From positions 62,001 through 126,000 of the IMG/VR virus record IMGVR_UViG_3300025770_001492: a stretch of DNA of 64,000 nt; one strand, given 5' to 3'. A program made the position numbers and the translations under genes. Shown here piece after piece: positions 26,477-36,010 of the stretch. The notes beneath the pieces were generated by a model. It did not search any database. It worked only from the letters and a program-made list of their open reading frames with translations, and was not told where the DNA came from. Position 1 is the stretch's first letter. The number at the start of each line of letters is the position of its first letter.

Positions 26477-27964
26477 TTAATTACCTGTTTTCATACCTTG
26501 TGCCCAACTTATACCGTGTTCATAATTTGCAGTAACTGCCATTGTATGAGTTACCGCTTTATATGTGGCAGAAGCAGATGCTCCATATCCGCTCTTCTTC
26601 CAGCTTGAAAATGGAAGGTGGGATTCGGCAGCAATCGATCCGCCGTTTAAGTAGAGCATTCCAGTTGTACATTCTTGCTCAATTATTTTATGCTTTCTGT
26701 AGTCGTCTGTCACGATTCCCAAAGCAAGTCCGTAATCAGTGTCATTATAAATTCTGATTGCGTCATCTAAATCATCAAATGGGATCAATACAACATGTGG
26801 ACCAAAGACTTCGTTCTTTAAAAACTCTTTCTCGCCCCATTCACACTGATAAACAAAAGGTGTTAAAAAATATCCTTTTGGATGTGTGTTCTTAGTTGTG
26901 GAATCAGGAGATCCAGAAACTAGAACCTTGGCATCTTTGTCATCTCTCACCATTTGATTGAAAGACATAACTTTATCCATTTGTTCTTTGCTGATGATAG
27001 GTCCGTAAAAAGGAGCATCAGTTTCAAAGGGACAACCTGTACCAAGGGATGCAGCATGACTAGAGAAATCTCTGGAAAACTTATCAAAGATCGATCTTTG
27101 AACCAAAATCCTGCTCGAACTTACACATCGTTGTCCACTTAGCTTGAAAGCGGAGGCGATTGTTGCCTCTAATGCCAAATCATAATTTCCATCCTCAAAT
27201 ACAATTGTGGCGGACTTTGATCCACACTCCATGCTGCAAGTTTTTGTGAATGATTCTGCGCAGTGCTTTCTTATTTCCTGTCCTACTTCCGCAGAGCCAG
27301 TAAACAAGATGTGATCGACTTCCGATCTGACAAGGGCTTTTCCTGTTTCTCCAGCACCGTGTACCATGTTGTACACGCCTGGTGGGAAGCCTGCTTCGTC
27401 GTACAGCTTGGCGACCTTTTGTGCGATCATAGGTGTTAATTCTGATGGCTTATGCACCACCGTGTTGCCTTCCACAATTGCTGGAGCAGATGACCAAAAT
27501 GAACCAATCGCAAGAGGGAAATTCCAAGGACTGATGACTGCTATTACGCCTTTGGGTTTTCTTATTACTTTTGCATCTTTAGTTGACAGTTCAGATGCAA
27601 TCACTTCTCCATAAGGCTGACGACCAGCAGACGCTGCCACTTGACACATATGCAGGGCTTCAATTACTTCTGCATGTGACTCGTTTGTATTCTTTCCTGT
27701 TTCAAGAGAAATGGTTTTAACCAAGTCGTCATGATCTCTCTTTAGCAACTGAGCGAGCGTGTCGAAAAAGTCTGCTCGTTGGACTCTGCTTACTTTCTTC
27801 CAGCCATGTTGAACCGCACGAGCGACAGATACAGCTTCCTCAACCTCTTGTTTTGTGCTCTCTGGAAAACTTCCCAAACTATCTTCTGTAGCTGGGTTTA
27901 TGTTTTCAAAATCAGGGCGAGTTGGACAAAAATCGCCATTTACATAATTCATTCCTATAATCAT
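26477..27964 (-). CDS. NAD(P)-dependent aldehyde dehydrogenase
   Basis: PWNFP, KPSE, FTGS, ECGSKS, catalytic GQRC and EVFGP. Confidence 0.95.
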   Translation of the reverse strand: MIIGMNYVNGDFCPTRPDFENINPATEDSLGSFPESTKQEVEEAVSVARAVQHGWKKVSRVQRADFFDTLAQLLKRDHDDLVKTISLETGKNTNESHAEVIEALHMCQVAASAGRQPYGEVIASELSTKDAKVIRKPKGVIAVISPWNFPLAIGSFWSSAPAIVEGNTVVHKPSELTPMIAQKVAKLYDEAGFPPGVYNMVHGAGETGKALVRSEVDHILFTGSAEVGQEIRKHCAESFTKTCSMECGSKSATIVFEDGNYDLALEATIASAFKLSGQRCVSSSRILVQRSIFDKFSRDFSSHAASLGTGCPFETDAPFYGPIISKEQMDKVMSFNQMVRDDKDAKVLVSGSPDSTTKNTHPKGYFLTPFVYQCEWGEKEFLKNEVFGPHVVLIPFDDLDDAIRIYNDTDYGLALGIVTDDYRKHKIIEQECTTGMLYLNGGSIAAESHLPFSSWKKSGYGASASATYKAVTHTMAVTANYEHGISWAQGMKTGN

Positions 27965-27973
27965 CTATATTCC

Positions 27974-28324
27974 TCAACAACTAAAGCTAGACCCGCATCC
28001 ACAATTGGACTTTGCGTTTGGATTTGTAAACGCAAATCCACGCTTATTTATATCTTCATGAAAGTCTATCACTGTGCCATCCATATGAATGAGAGACTTT
28101 TTATCAATAACAACTTTCAAATCTTCTTCTTCCTTTAAAATGTAGTCATCTTCTGTGACCTCAGAATCATCTATGAACCCCAATTGATACTGGAATCCGC
28201 TGCACCCTCCTCCAACGACTCCTACTCGTAACACATTGACTTCAATTTCTTGATCTTTAATAGTTGATCTGACCTCTTTTAAAGCCTTTTCTGTGATTTC
28301 TACATTTATTTCTACATTTGCCAT
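27974..28324 (-). CDS. iscA: IscA/ErpA (HesB) A-type Fe-S carrier
   Basis: GGGCSGFQY and CGCGSSF; GGAG SD before ATG at 28324. Confidence 0.93.
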   Translation of the reverse strand: MANVEINVEITEKALKEVRSTIKDQEIEVNVLRVGVVGGGCSGFQYQLGFIDDSEVTEDDYILKEEEDLKVVIDKKSLIHMDGTVIDFHEDINKRGFAFTNPNAKSNCGCGSSFSC

Positions 28325-28326
28325 GA

Positions 28327-29409
28327 TTAGCTCCAATATGATACAAAATAACACTTACCAGATCTCTCTCCCAATATGACCGGAGAAATAATTTCATTCC
28401 TAATTAAGTAAGAACATGCTTCTTTTTCGCAAAGCGTCTTAAATTTATCGACACAAAGTTGTTTTTCAAAGTCTCCAAAAGTATACAAAACGAATAGATG
28501 GTCAAACAACGCTCTATTTCCCACCTTATCAAATTTTTCTATTTTATTTAGAATTTTTCCAACTTTAGAAGAAGCCTTCAATGCAGAAGGAATATTGAAA
28601 ACAGGGGAAGAAAAAACTTTTAGACTGTCATAATCCGAAAAATTATATCCATGCTGTTTTGCAAGAATTATTGAAGCATCGCCCATGTTCAAACGATTAA
28701 ATCCATAATATGATTCTTCTTTTGTGGCAACACTATCCATGATCATCTTTGAAAACTCATTGAGGCCATAAGCCTTTAGAGCGTTAGACTTTTCAGTAGC
28801 CAATTTAACTTCATCGTCAAATGAATCAACTCCATAACAATACTTAGAAAAATCGTCTGCCGTGCTCATCCATCTGTCTAAGTCGATGCATACACGACTA
28901 GACTCTTTTTTGTTTCTAAGCTTCTGTACTTCACTTTTGTCTTTTAACAACCGAATATACAGGGAAGGGTTAATCGAAGATTTTTTTAAATAAGAATTTA
29001 AATATTGCCTAGCAGACTTGTTAACATTATTTTGAATACCTGGGGTTTCTTTACTTGCGTAGTCTGATAAATCTATAAAGTCTAATAGGGATTTGAAGTT
29101 TGATGGGTTAAAAATGCCATTAAGCACATCAAAAATATCAGGATGCTCTACATTGCAGATGCTTAAAAAATCATACAAGCAAGATCCTTTCTTGCCAAAT
29201 ATATTAACAATCTTTTTTTTAGGATTGTTTAAAAATAAAGTTTTATATGACTTCAAATCCTTGAAAACACATTTTGAAAACTTGCTTCTTTTGTTTATGT
29301 TTTTATAAACAATGTTTATAACTTTATTTTTATCTTCAATCAAAGCGTCCATGTTGAAAGCAACTCTTGAATCGAATTCGCCTAAACCGACCTTAATGCT
29401 GGATTTCAT
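28327..29409 (-). CDS. hypothetical protein
   Basis: Long ORF between infC and iscA; start uncertain. Confidence 0.6.
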   Translation of the reverse strand: MKSSIKVGLGEFDSRVAFNMDALIEDKNKVINIVYKNINKRSKFSKCVFKDLKSYKTLFLNNPKKKIVNIFGKKGSCLYDFLSICNVEHPDIFDVLNGIFNPSNFKSLLDFIDLSDYASKETPGIQNNVNKSARQYLNSYLKKSSINPSLYIRLLKDKSEVQKLRNKKESSRVCIDLDRWMSTADDFSKYCYGVDSFDDEVKLATEKSNALKAYGLNEFSKMIMDSVATKEESYYGFNRLNMGDASIILAKQHGYNFSDYDSLKVFSSPVFNIPSALKASSKVGKILNKIEKFDKVGNRALFDHLFVLYTFGDFEKQLCVDKFKTLCEKEACSYLIRNEIISPVILGERSGKCYFVSYWS

Positions 29410-29424
29410 CGACTTATTCCCGAT

Positions 29425-29973
29425 TTATTGTTTCAATGGCTCTATTAAACAATTCAAATTATTTCCATTAAGTTTCGGCTTTGAGACCGCCAATCCAATA
29501 TCTTTTAAATCTTCTATAATTCCGTCTAAGACTTCGAATCCCTGTTCTTTATGTGCGTTCTCTCGTCGTCTGTATTGCAACCTAAATTGCACCTTGTTGC
29601 CTTGAGCCAAAAATTTTCTAGCTGCTTTGACCTTTGTGTCTATGTCGTGTTTGCCAATAGATGGCCTTAAGCGAATTTCTTTAGTTTGTGCAGTTTGAGA
29701 ATTTCTTTTTTGATTCTTCTCTTTAATAGACTTTTCATATTTATGTTTGCTGTAGTCCATTATTCGACAGACAGGAGGTCTAGAATTAGGAGAGATCTCC
29801 ACCAAATCTAGACCATCTTTTCTTGCCATGTACTGGGCGTCCTTTATGGGCTTGGTTCCCAAGTTTTTCCCATCTTTGTCTATAACTACAATTGGGGATA
29901 TTCTAATCCTTTCGTTTATTCTAACCTCGTAGTTTCCCGTGTCTCTGGAATTGTTATTTTTGTTGTTTTTCAT
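29425..29973 (-). CDS. infC: translation initiation factor IF-3
   Basis: RINERIR, LDLVEISP...PPVCRIMDYSKHKYE, KEIRLRPSIGKHD and KARKFL..G.KV; ATG start. Confidence 0.95.
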   Translation of the reverse strand: MKNNKNNNSRDTGNYEVRINERIRISPIVVIDKDGKNLGTKPIKDAQYMARKDGLDLVEISPNSRPPVCRIMDYSKHKYEKSIKEKNQKRNSQTAQTKEIRLRPSIGKHDIDTKVKAARKFLAQGNKVQFRLQYRRRENAHKEQGFEVLDGIIEDLKDIGLAVSKPKLNGNNLNCLIEPLKQ

Positions 29974-29981
29974 ATTTTTAT

Positions 29982-31613
29982 TTAGACTTTTTTCGCAAGC
30001 CCGCTTGTCATCCTCTCCAAAGCATTTGAAACATCATATGAGTCTAAGGAAACATTAATCAAAAACATTTCCTTAGCATTAAGGGCCTCGTCAACAACTG
30101 ACTCTAATTCAGATTCAGTCTCTACCATCGCCCCTTTACCTCCGCCAATTATATCAACAAACTTATGATAGTTCCAGTCAGGAATATCATTAAAATCCCC
30201 ATCCAATAAAAATCTTTCTGTGGTATAACCATGATTATTCAATATGAATATAATTGGATTTAATTTATTCGCAACAATAGTGCTTAACTCCGTGCAAGAC
30301 ATTTGAAAAGCACCATCGCCAACTATCACAATAGTCCTGCTATCGGGTCTGGCAAATCCTGCCCCCAACGCTCCCGGAATTGATGTGCCCATACTTGTGT
30401 AAAATGCAGAACCTAAAAAAGCATTTTTGTGATGCATTGTTAAATCTGCTGCCCCAAACAAACTGTCGCCTATGTCTGCAACGACCGACATATCTTTTGT
30501 CAGCAAAGAATCAATTTTATCAAACAACCTTTTGCTCGTAATCGGAGTACCCGCAAGCGGAGAGAAACTCTTATTAGATCGAGTATTCACCACAGAAGGC
30601 TTGTTTGAATGGGTAGGAATCGAAGCCTCATCAAAAAGTTTATTGCAAAAGTCTTCAAAATTTACAGAAGCATACATATGATTTTTAACTTTCAATCCTT
30701 GTATGCTGCAAGATACGGTATTCCTTTTTACAAATTTTGAAGGCATAAAGCTTAATGTCATATCAGTGAGCATCGCCCCAAACATAAGAAGACAATCAGA
30801 TCCCTCGACTGCTGCCTGCACTCCCTCTTGACTCGTGCTTCCAGCATATACGCCTAAATAAAGCGGATGAGTCTCGCCAATTACTGATTTGCTAAGAAGA
30901 GTTGTTGCAATTGGAATGTTCGCTTTTTCAGCAAACTTGACCAGTTTAGATCCAAGTCCAAATCTTGAAACCTCAATCCCTGCTAATATAACTGGATTTT
31001 TTGAATTATTTATCCAAGTTTCAACTTCTTCAAAAGACTCTTCTAAGTTTTGCAAATCTGTACTTGGAGAATCTGGAGTTCCCTGCTTGTAAACATCGTA
31101 ACCAATCGGCTTGTCCGCAACGTCTCTTGGAAGCTCAATATAGATGGGCTGCTTATAGTAGTGAAGGGCTTCAAAAGCTTTATCGATTTTGTATCCCGCT
31201 GTATTCGGGTCGTCTAGAACAACAGACTCACATGTGAAATTTTCAAAAACTTCTTTTTGACACTCGAATGAACGAACCATATGATGGAGCAAAACACCTT
31301 CGTCTCGCTCTTTCATTCCAGGCGAACCTGAAATGACAACTAAAGGAGACCTCTCAGCATAAGCACATTGAACTGCATTTATAAGTTTTGCTGCTCCAAC
31401 ATTATATGTGACACAAACGCAACCAATACCCTTTATTCTAGAATACGCATCTGCTGCAAATCCTGCGTGATTTTCGTCTGTAGTGTTGATCAAACTTATG
31501 TCTGAATTATTTAATTTTTTATAGAAATTAAGAACATAATCTCCAGGAACTCCAAAGACGTGTTCAATTCCAGAATTTTTCATTCTGTCGATTAAGAAAT
31601 CTGACACTAACAT
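29982..31613 (-). CDS. ThDP-dependent 2-keto-acid decarboxylase (pyruvate/indolepyruvate/phenylpyruvate decarboxylase family)
   Basis: FGVPGDY, DENHAGFAADAY, LLHH and the ThDP-binding GDGAFQM...NNHGY. Confidence 0.93.
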   Translation of the reverse strand: MLVSDFLIDRMKNSGIEHVFGVPGDYVLNFYKKLNNSDISLINTTDENHAGFAADAYSRIKGIGCVCVTYNVGAAKLINAVQCAYAERSPLVVISGSPGMKERDEGVLLHHMVRSFECQKEVFENFTCESVVLDDPNTAGYKIDKAFEALHYYKQPIYIELPRDVADKPIGYDVYKQGTPDSPSTDLQNLEESFEEVETWINNSKNPVILAGIEVSRFGLGSKLVKFAEKANIPIATTLLSKSVIGETHPLYLGVYAGSTSQEGVQAAVEGSDCLLMFGAMLTDMTLSFMPSKFVKRNTVSCSIQGLKVKNHMYASVNFEDFCNKLFDEASIPTHSNKPSVVNTRSNKSFSPLAGTPITSKRLFDKIDSLLTKDMSVVADIGDSLFGAADLTMHHKNAFLGSAFYTSMGTSIPGALGAGFARPDSRTIVIVGDGAFQMSCTELSTIVANKLNPIIFILNNHGYTTERFLLDGDFNDIPDWNYHKFVDIIGGGKGAMVETESELESVVDEALNAKEMFLINVSLDSYDVSNALERMTSGLAKKV

Positions 31614-31643
31614 AACCGCTCCTTGGGGAATGCGAGGTTTAAT

Positions 31644-31687
31644 TATTTATAAATTACAGAATAGCTCTCTGCCTGTCTTGGCGTCAA
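31644..31687 (-). promoter_or_regulatory. tandem sigma70-like and T4-late-like promoters of the decarboxylase gene
   Basis: TTGACG-N18-TATTCT (31658-31687), then a perfect TATAAATA (31644-31651), then AAGGAG. Confidence 0.5.
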
Positions 31688-31697
31688 TACCATTAAC

Positions 31698-32519
31698 CTA
31701 TTCCGTTGTAGGAGAAAAAGGAATGTGAATTAAAAACCCTTCGCCTGTCGTTGGAAATCTCCTAACCCATTCGACACCTGATCCTATGGTGCAGCCAAAA
31801 TCAGTAGGCGTAAGACTGCTAGGTGTGAAACTGGGGGTGACAGATGGGGCACTAGATGAAAGAAAGCTCACGCTCTCTTCCATTTTCAAAAGTTTAAATT
31901 CAAACCAATAACAACCAGGAAGACATGTGTTATTGGCGTTCCAATTATATACCAAAAGAGTTTCTAATAACTGGTCTTTTAAAGTTGTTCCGTCTTCCTG
32001 AGTTATGTCTCCCAAAACCAACTCTATAACAGCAGACGCATCCAAAACCCTAAATATCCTCATCGAAGATCCTTTCTTCCATGAAGACTCATTGGTTCCA
32101 TTATATCCTCTCTGAACTTGAATTAACTTATTTGTTTCATCAAATCCAGTCACAAGCATATGCTCAGGAAGTCTAACTCTATCCATGATGATGATGTCGC
32201 CAACCATCACCTGTTCAAACCCAATGTCGTCTGCCAACCTAAAGTAGGTATCAGATGTGTCAATGCTCGTCTTTAACTTAGCAATAGCCCACATGTTTGC
32301 CTCTAACACCAAAGACGTGTCTAGTTCCCCAGTGTCTGGGTCTGTCAAGTCTAAAGGACCATCACAATCATCAGCAGCCAGTCTAAATGGCGGCTTAACA
32401 TCGTGCCTTCTAATGGTAAAATCAGGACAAACATTGGACGGACATCCAAATTTATCTAAACAGTTGGAGTTTGTCGTGAGATCACACGAAACTCCTATTC
32501 TCGCTCCTTGAATACTCAT
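31698..32519 (-). CDS. probable virion structural protein (BppU-like baseplate-type N-terminus)
   Basis: FTIRRHD..P...D..GPLDLT and Y.W....T..PG.YWFEF pattern; TATATA-N5-ATG at 32519. Confidence 0.45.
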   Translation of the reverse strand: MSIQGARIGVSCDLTTNSNCLDKFGCPSNVCPDFTIRRHDVKPPFRLAADDCDGPLDLTDPDTGELDTSLVLEANMWAIAKLKTSIDTSDTYFRLADDIGFEQVMVGDIIIMDRVRLPEHMLVTGFDETNKLIQVQRGYNGTNESSWKKGSSMRIFRVLDASAVIELVLGDITQEDGTTLKDQLLETLLVYNWNANNTCLPGCYWFEFKLLKMEESVSFLSSSAPSVTPSFTPSSLTPTDFGCTIGSGVEWVRRFPTTGEGFLIHIPFSPTTE

Positions 32520-32538
32520 ACAACTATATATGGAATAT

Positions 32539-33069
32539 TTATTCAAAAACTCCCAACAACTCCATCTGGGAAACTCTATCTCTGATCCAATTTAAATTTC
32601 CTTCAAATTCTTGAAGGGTTACATTGCCTTTTTTTGCAATCTCTTGTACTTTTTGGATAGAATCAGCACTGTTTAAAGAAGATTTTGAATCTTTAGATTT
32701 ATATGGAAAAAAAATAACTTTATCAATTTTATTTTTAACAATTTTGAGCATGCATTTTTTACACGGCCTAGCAGTAACATAAAGAGTAGAACCATCTAAA
32801 GTTTGAAAGCCCAGTCTGCTAAAATCTATTGCATTTTCTTCAGCATGTTCCACGTAGTCATATTTGTGAGGTCGTTCCCAATTTATATCTTCGTCCTTTA
32901 TCGAAGATGGTGGGCCGTTGTATCCCCAACCCAGTGGACGATTCGAAGAATCTATAATAAAAGCCCCAACCTGTGTATCAGGGTCTTTCGAAAAAGACGC
33001 TGCCCACAGTGCCATGGCCATATATCTTTCATCACGACTAGGTACTGCTCTAGGCTTTTTCATTGTCAT
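32539..33069 (-). CDS. dCMP deaminase
   Basis: SKDPDTQVGA, GYNG, HAEENAI and PCKKC. Confidence 0.93.
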   Translation of the reverse strand: MTMKKPRAVPSRDERYMAMALWAASFSKDPDTQVGAFIIDSSNRPLGWGYNGPPSSIKDEDINWERPHKYDYVEHAEENAIDFSRLGFQTLDGSTLYVTARPCKKCMLKIVKNKIDKVIFFPYKSKDSKSSLNSADSIQKVQEIAKKGNVTLQEFEGNLNWIRDRVSQMELLGVFE

Positions 33070-33838
33070 CCCTTTCTATAATTCTTTGTTCGAAATCATT
33101 TGGATAAAGAGTAAGAACAAATTGATAATCTAAAGAACTATGATCGATTACAACATTTTCTGTTATGTGTGTTAAACAATGATTTAAAACTTTAGACGGC
33201 TCATAATAAAACAAATCATTAAATCTGAATTGTTTGTGGCCATCACTTCGTTGGTTTGCTCTATCTGACAAGATCGTGACAATGACTCCTTCGTCGCACA
33301 GGTTGAACATTTTTTCAAGAACAGAAAAAAGATATGCGTATTGATTGGGCGAATCAAGCAATCTGAGATTAAAAGTCCCCGCAGCAATTACCCATTCAAA
33401 AGATTTCTCAAATTCTAAATCTAAAAAATCTCCACAGCCAAAGCTAATTCTTGAAGTCGGGATTAGTTCGAGACCTTCCCGATGAGGCAGGGTTTCCCAC
33501 ACGCTTTCTGCCTGCCTCTTCGCTTCTTGTATCACATCCTCAGATATGTCTATTCCTGTATATGTCCAACCGCTTCTTTTATAATGGTTTTTGAACAAAT
33601 AAGGCAAGAAGTCTCCAACCCCGCACCCAACATCCAACACACTGTCATAATTCGTTTGAGACCCTTTAACATTCTTCATAATTACGTCAAAAATTCGACG
33701 CTGGTATCCTGAAGAAGACCAACTTGCAGCTTTCCATCCTGTTGCAGTTTCGTTCTCATTTCCGTTTCTAGAATGAGCAAGTCTGAGATTGTAAAAATTG
33801 TTTATAATCTCGCTTGTACCATTAAACTCAATACTCAT
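33050..33838 (-). CDS. class I SAM-dependent methyltransferase
   Basis: VLDVGCGVGDF and YTGIDIS. Confidence 0.88.
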   Translation of the reverse strand: MSIEFNGTSEIINNFYNLRLAHSRNGNENETATGWKAASWSSSGYQRRIFDVIMKNVKGSQTNYDSVLDVGCGVGDFLPYLFKNHYKRSGWTYTGIDISEDVIQEAKRQAESVWETLPHREGLELIPTSRISFGCGDFLDLEFEKSFEWVIAAGTFNLRLLDSPNQYAYLFSVLEKMFNLCDEGVIVTILSDRANQRSDGHKQFRFNDLFYYEPSKVLNHCLTHITENVVIDHSSLDYQFVLTLYPNDFEQRIIERDDNEKA

Positions 33839-34377
33839 TTAATCATTATCTCCGAGAGCTTACACTTATCTTCGGTTTCTCTGGCTATGACAATATAGCG
33901 ATTTTCATTCAGCCAGGATAGTGCTGATTTATTATTGCCCTCAATTAAATGCGGCAAATGAAAAGAAACATTAGAATCAATAAATTTTGTATCTTTCAAA
34001 TCAAAGATATCGCTGCCTTGAAACCAGACTCCCATCCTTATTAAACACCTGCGAATTGCAATATCAGAATAATGATCAGAATAGCCAGTCTGATGTTTAT
34101 AATTAAAAAGAGAATCTATGTCGTGTCTATCATGTACAAAAACGTTGTGTTTAGAAATCAATTCTTTAATCGAAGATATATCATTTCGAAAAAAATTCCA
34201 ATAGGCGTCCTCATACATCTGCATTCCGAATTCCCACGAATACAGTTTAGCTTTGCACCTAAAGGCCCAAAACCAGTTTCCCTTACCGGCTTGCTTGCTA
34301 ACGTTGCCTAAAAATTTATCTCTATTTTTCCCTAAATTTCCCACTTGCAAATAATGAATCAAATCAAAACATTCCAT
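33835..34377 (-). CDS. hypothetical protein
   Basis: 180-aa ORF tiling in the operon. Confidence 0.6.
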   Translation of the reverse strand: MECFDLIHYLQVGNLGKNRDKFLGNVSKQAGKGNWFWAFRCKAKLYSWEFGMQMYEDAYWNFFRNDISSIKELISKHNVFVHDRHDIDSLFNYKHQTGYSDHYSDIAIRRCLIRMGVWFQGSDIFDLKDTKFIDSNVSFHLPHLIEGNNKSALSWLNENRYIVIARETEDKCKLSEIMIK

Positions 34378-34687
34378 ATGTTAAATAAAAAAATAATGCT
34401 ATTTGAAAAGAAGCTATGAAAGAAGCAACAGTCAACCCCCACTTCTTTTTAAAGAAATAAATCAAAGGAATCATTAGAATTACGATCATAGTTCCTATCA
34501 TTTTCAATGTCATAAATAAAGCGACATCTCCACCATCCGCTTCTATAAGCATTACTCCTATTGGATTTTTTTCATGTTCTAAAATTACATCTGCTGTCTT
34601 AAACGTCCAATAAGAATCGTATATTGAAACAAAAACAATTATCAACATTAAAAGCGACAAGAAAAAAATTTGCATCTTTGCAAACAT
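34364..34687 (-). CDS. three-TM membrane protein (E.NP motif, DUF5658-like)
   Basis: Hydrophobic helices with HEKNPIG. Confidence 0.55.
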   Translation of the reverse strand: MFAKMQIFFLSLLMLIIVFVSIYDSYWTFKTADVILEHEKNPIGVMLIEADGGDVALFMTLKMIGTMIVILMIPLIYFFKKKWGLTVASFIASFQIALFFYLTYGMF

Positions 34688-34689
34688 AA

Positions 34690-34884
34690 CTAACCTTTTT
34701 TCTTTTTCTTTTTCTTTTTCTTCTTCTTTTTAGTTAAACTCTCCAACTCAAAAGGCGAAGCAGTTGACCTGCCGTGGACAGAGCCTACAACGGCCAGCGG
34801 CATCAAGCCAAGAGCGGCGGCATGTCTGGCCCTTGTGGATGCACTAGATTCTTTGGTAATTAGCCAATCTTTGAAAGTAATCAT
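34690..34884 (-). CDS. small basic protein with 12-Lys tail and capsid-targeting-like N-terminus
   Basis: MITFKDWLITKE...TKKKKKKKKKKKKG; TACATA-N5-ATG. Confidence 0.65.
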   Translation of the reverse strand: MITFKDWLITKESSASTRARHAAALGLMPLAVVGSVHGRSTASPFELESLTKKKKKKKKKKKKG

Positions 34885-34965
34885 AAATGTATGTATTACT
34901 TCAAGATCCCATTATTTATAAAATTGATAAATGCAATTCCGACATTTTTCAATTAGAAATTTATA

Positions 34966-35003
34966 AAAAAACAACCCTTCTAGCTAAAGTAGGGTTGTTT
35001 TTT
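34966..35003. terminator. bidirectional intrinsic terminator-like hairpin
   Basis: aaaaaacaaccct / agggttgtttttt inverted repeat. Confidence 0.65.
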
Positions 35004-35169
35004 CCAGTTTTTGAAGTTCTTCTAAGTGAGAATCTAATTCTTTCTCGGCAATCTCTATTCTTTTTATGTCAAAATTTAAAGGATTTTTTTTAAATCTTTC
35101 GCTAAAAATACTTAATTTTAAAAAAGTTTCATCTAGCTTTCCTTGTAAAATTGCGATTTCATTTAACAT
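34984..35169 (-). CDS. small coiled-coil hypothetical protein
   Basis: 61 aa, GAGG upstream. Confidence 0.5.
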   Translation of the reverse strand: MLNEIAILQGKLDETFLKLSIFSERFKKNPLNFDIKRIEIAEKELDSHLEELQKLEKTTLL

Positions 35170-35510
35170 TTACCCTCGTTTCTTAGTATTGCTTTATATT
35201 TTAATTTTCCAGATTTTATAAGAGATAGTTTTTCAAAATCCAAATCTCTCTTGGCGTTATTATGAACTCTTTCTAAGGTTATTATTTTATTCCTTAAAGT
35301 AGAAAGCCATCTTTCTGAACAAACGTACCCTGTATGTCTAGAAAAATATTTTATATTTATATTGCCATCAAATGTAAAATAGTATTTTAAGAATTGTCTT
35401 TGAGACTCGTTCCTAAAATATTTGAATAAGTATTTTTTTTCTTTAGGCAAATCACAATGAAGAAACTCGCCTGATATAAATTTTAATTCTCTATCACTCA
35501 ATTCCTTCAC
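35163..35510 (-). CDS. hypothetical protein
   Basis: 115 aa, GGAG SD. Confidence 0.6.
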   Translation of the reverse strand: MKELSDRELKFISGEFLHCDLPKEKKYLFKYFRNESQRQFLKYYFTFDGNINIKYFSRHTGYVCSERWLSTLRNKIITLERVHNNAKRDLDFEKLSLIKSGKLKYKAILRNEGKC

Positions 35511-35961
35511 ACAACTCCAAATATATCAAAAGCAATCCTGCTGCGAACTGCTTTGGTATCTCCCTAATGCTGCACTCTTTGAAAACCGACATTACCAATC
35601 TAACATCATCGGACAACATCGCATCGTCCTCTTCTATAACCACGTCAGGGCATCGTTCAATTTTTTCATAAGCTTCCAGAACTCCCGTGCTTATATCTGT
35701 GTTCAGAACCGTGCTGATATTCCTCGGAGAAAAAAGTATATCTTCTCCAATCTCTCCGCCAAAATAATATGTCTTATCAGAAAAAAAAGTTTGCATGTGC
35801 TTCTTTGCAACTGATTTAGCATCTTTTAAAAATCCCAAGAAGAAATCTCCCATTTCTTCTTGTTTCTCTTCAATTGCAACCACATCCTGTTCTTGATAAC
35901 CCATGAAATACTCCGTCAAGCGAATAAGTGAATAGTCGATAAATCTTAAAATAAATAACAT
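35494..35961 (-). CDS. hypothetical protein
   Basis: 155-aa ORF. Confidence 0.55.
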   Translation of the reverse strand: MLFILRFIDYSLIRLTEYFMGYQEQDVVAIEEKQEEMGDFFLGFLKDAKSVAKKHMQTFFSDKTYYFGGEIGEDILFSPRNISTVLNTDISTGVLEAYEKIERCPDVVIEEDDAMLSDDVRLVMSVFKECSIREIPKQFAAGLLLIYLELCEGIE

Positions 35962-36010
35962 ACCATGTCAATAGATACATTAGATATTTAAAAGAAAGAA
36001 AGGACGCAAA

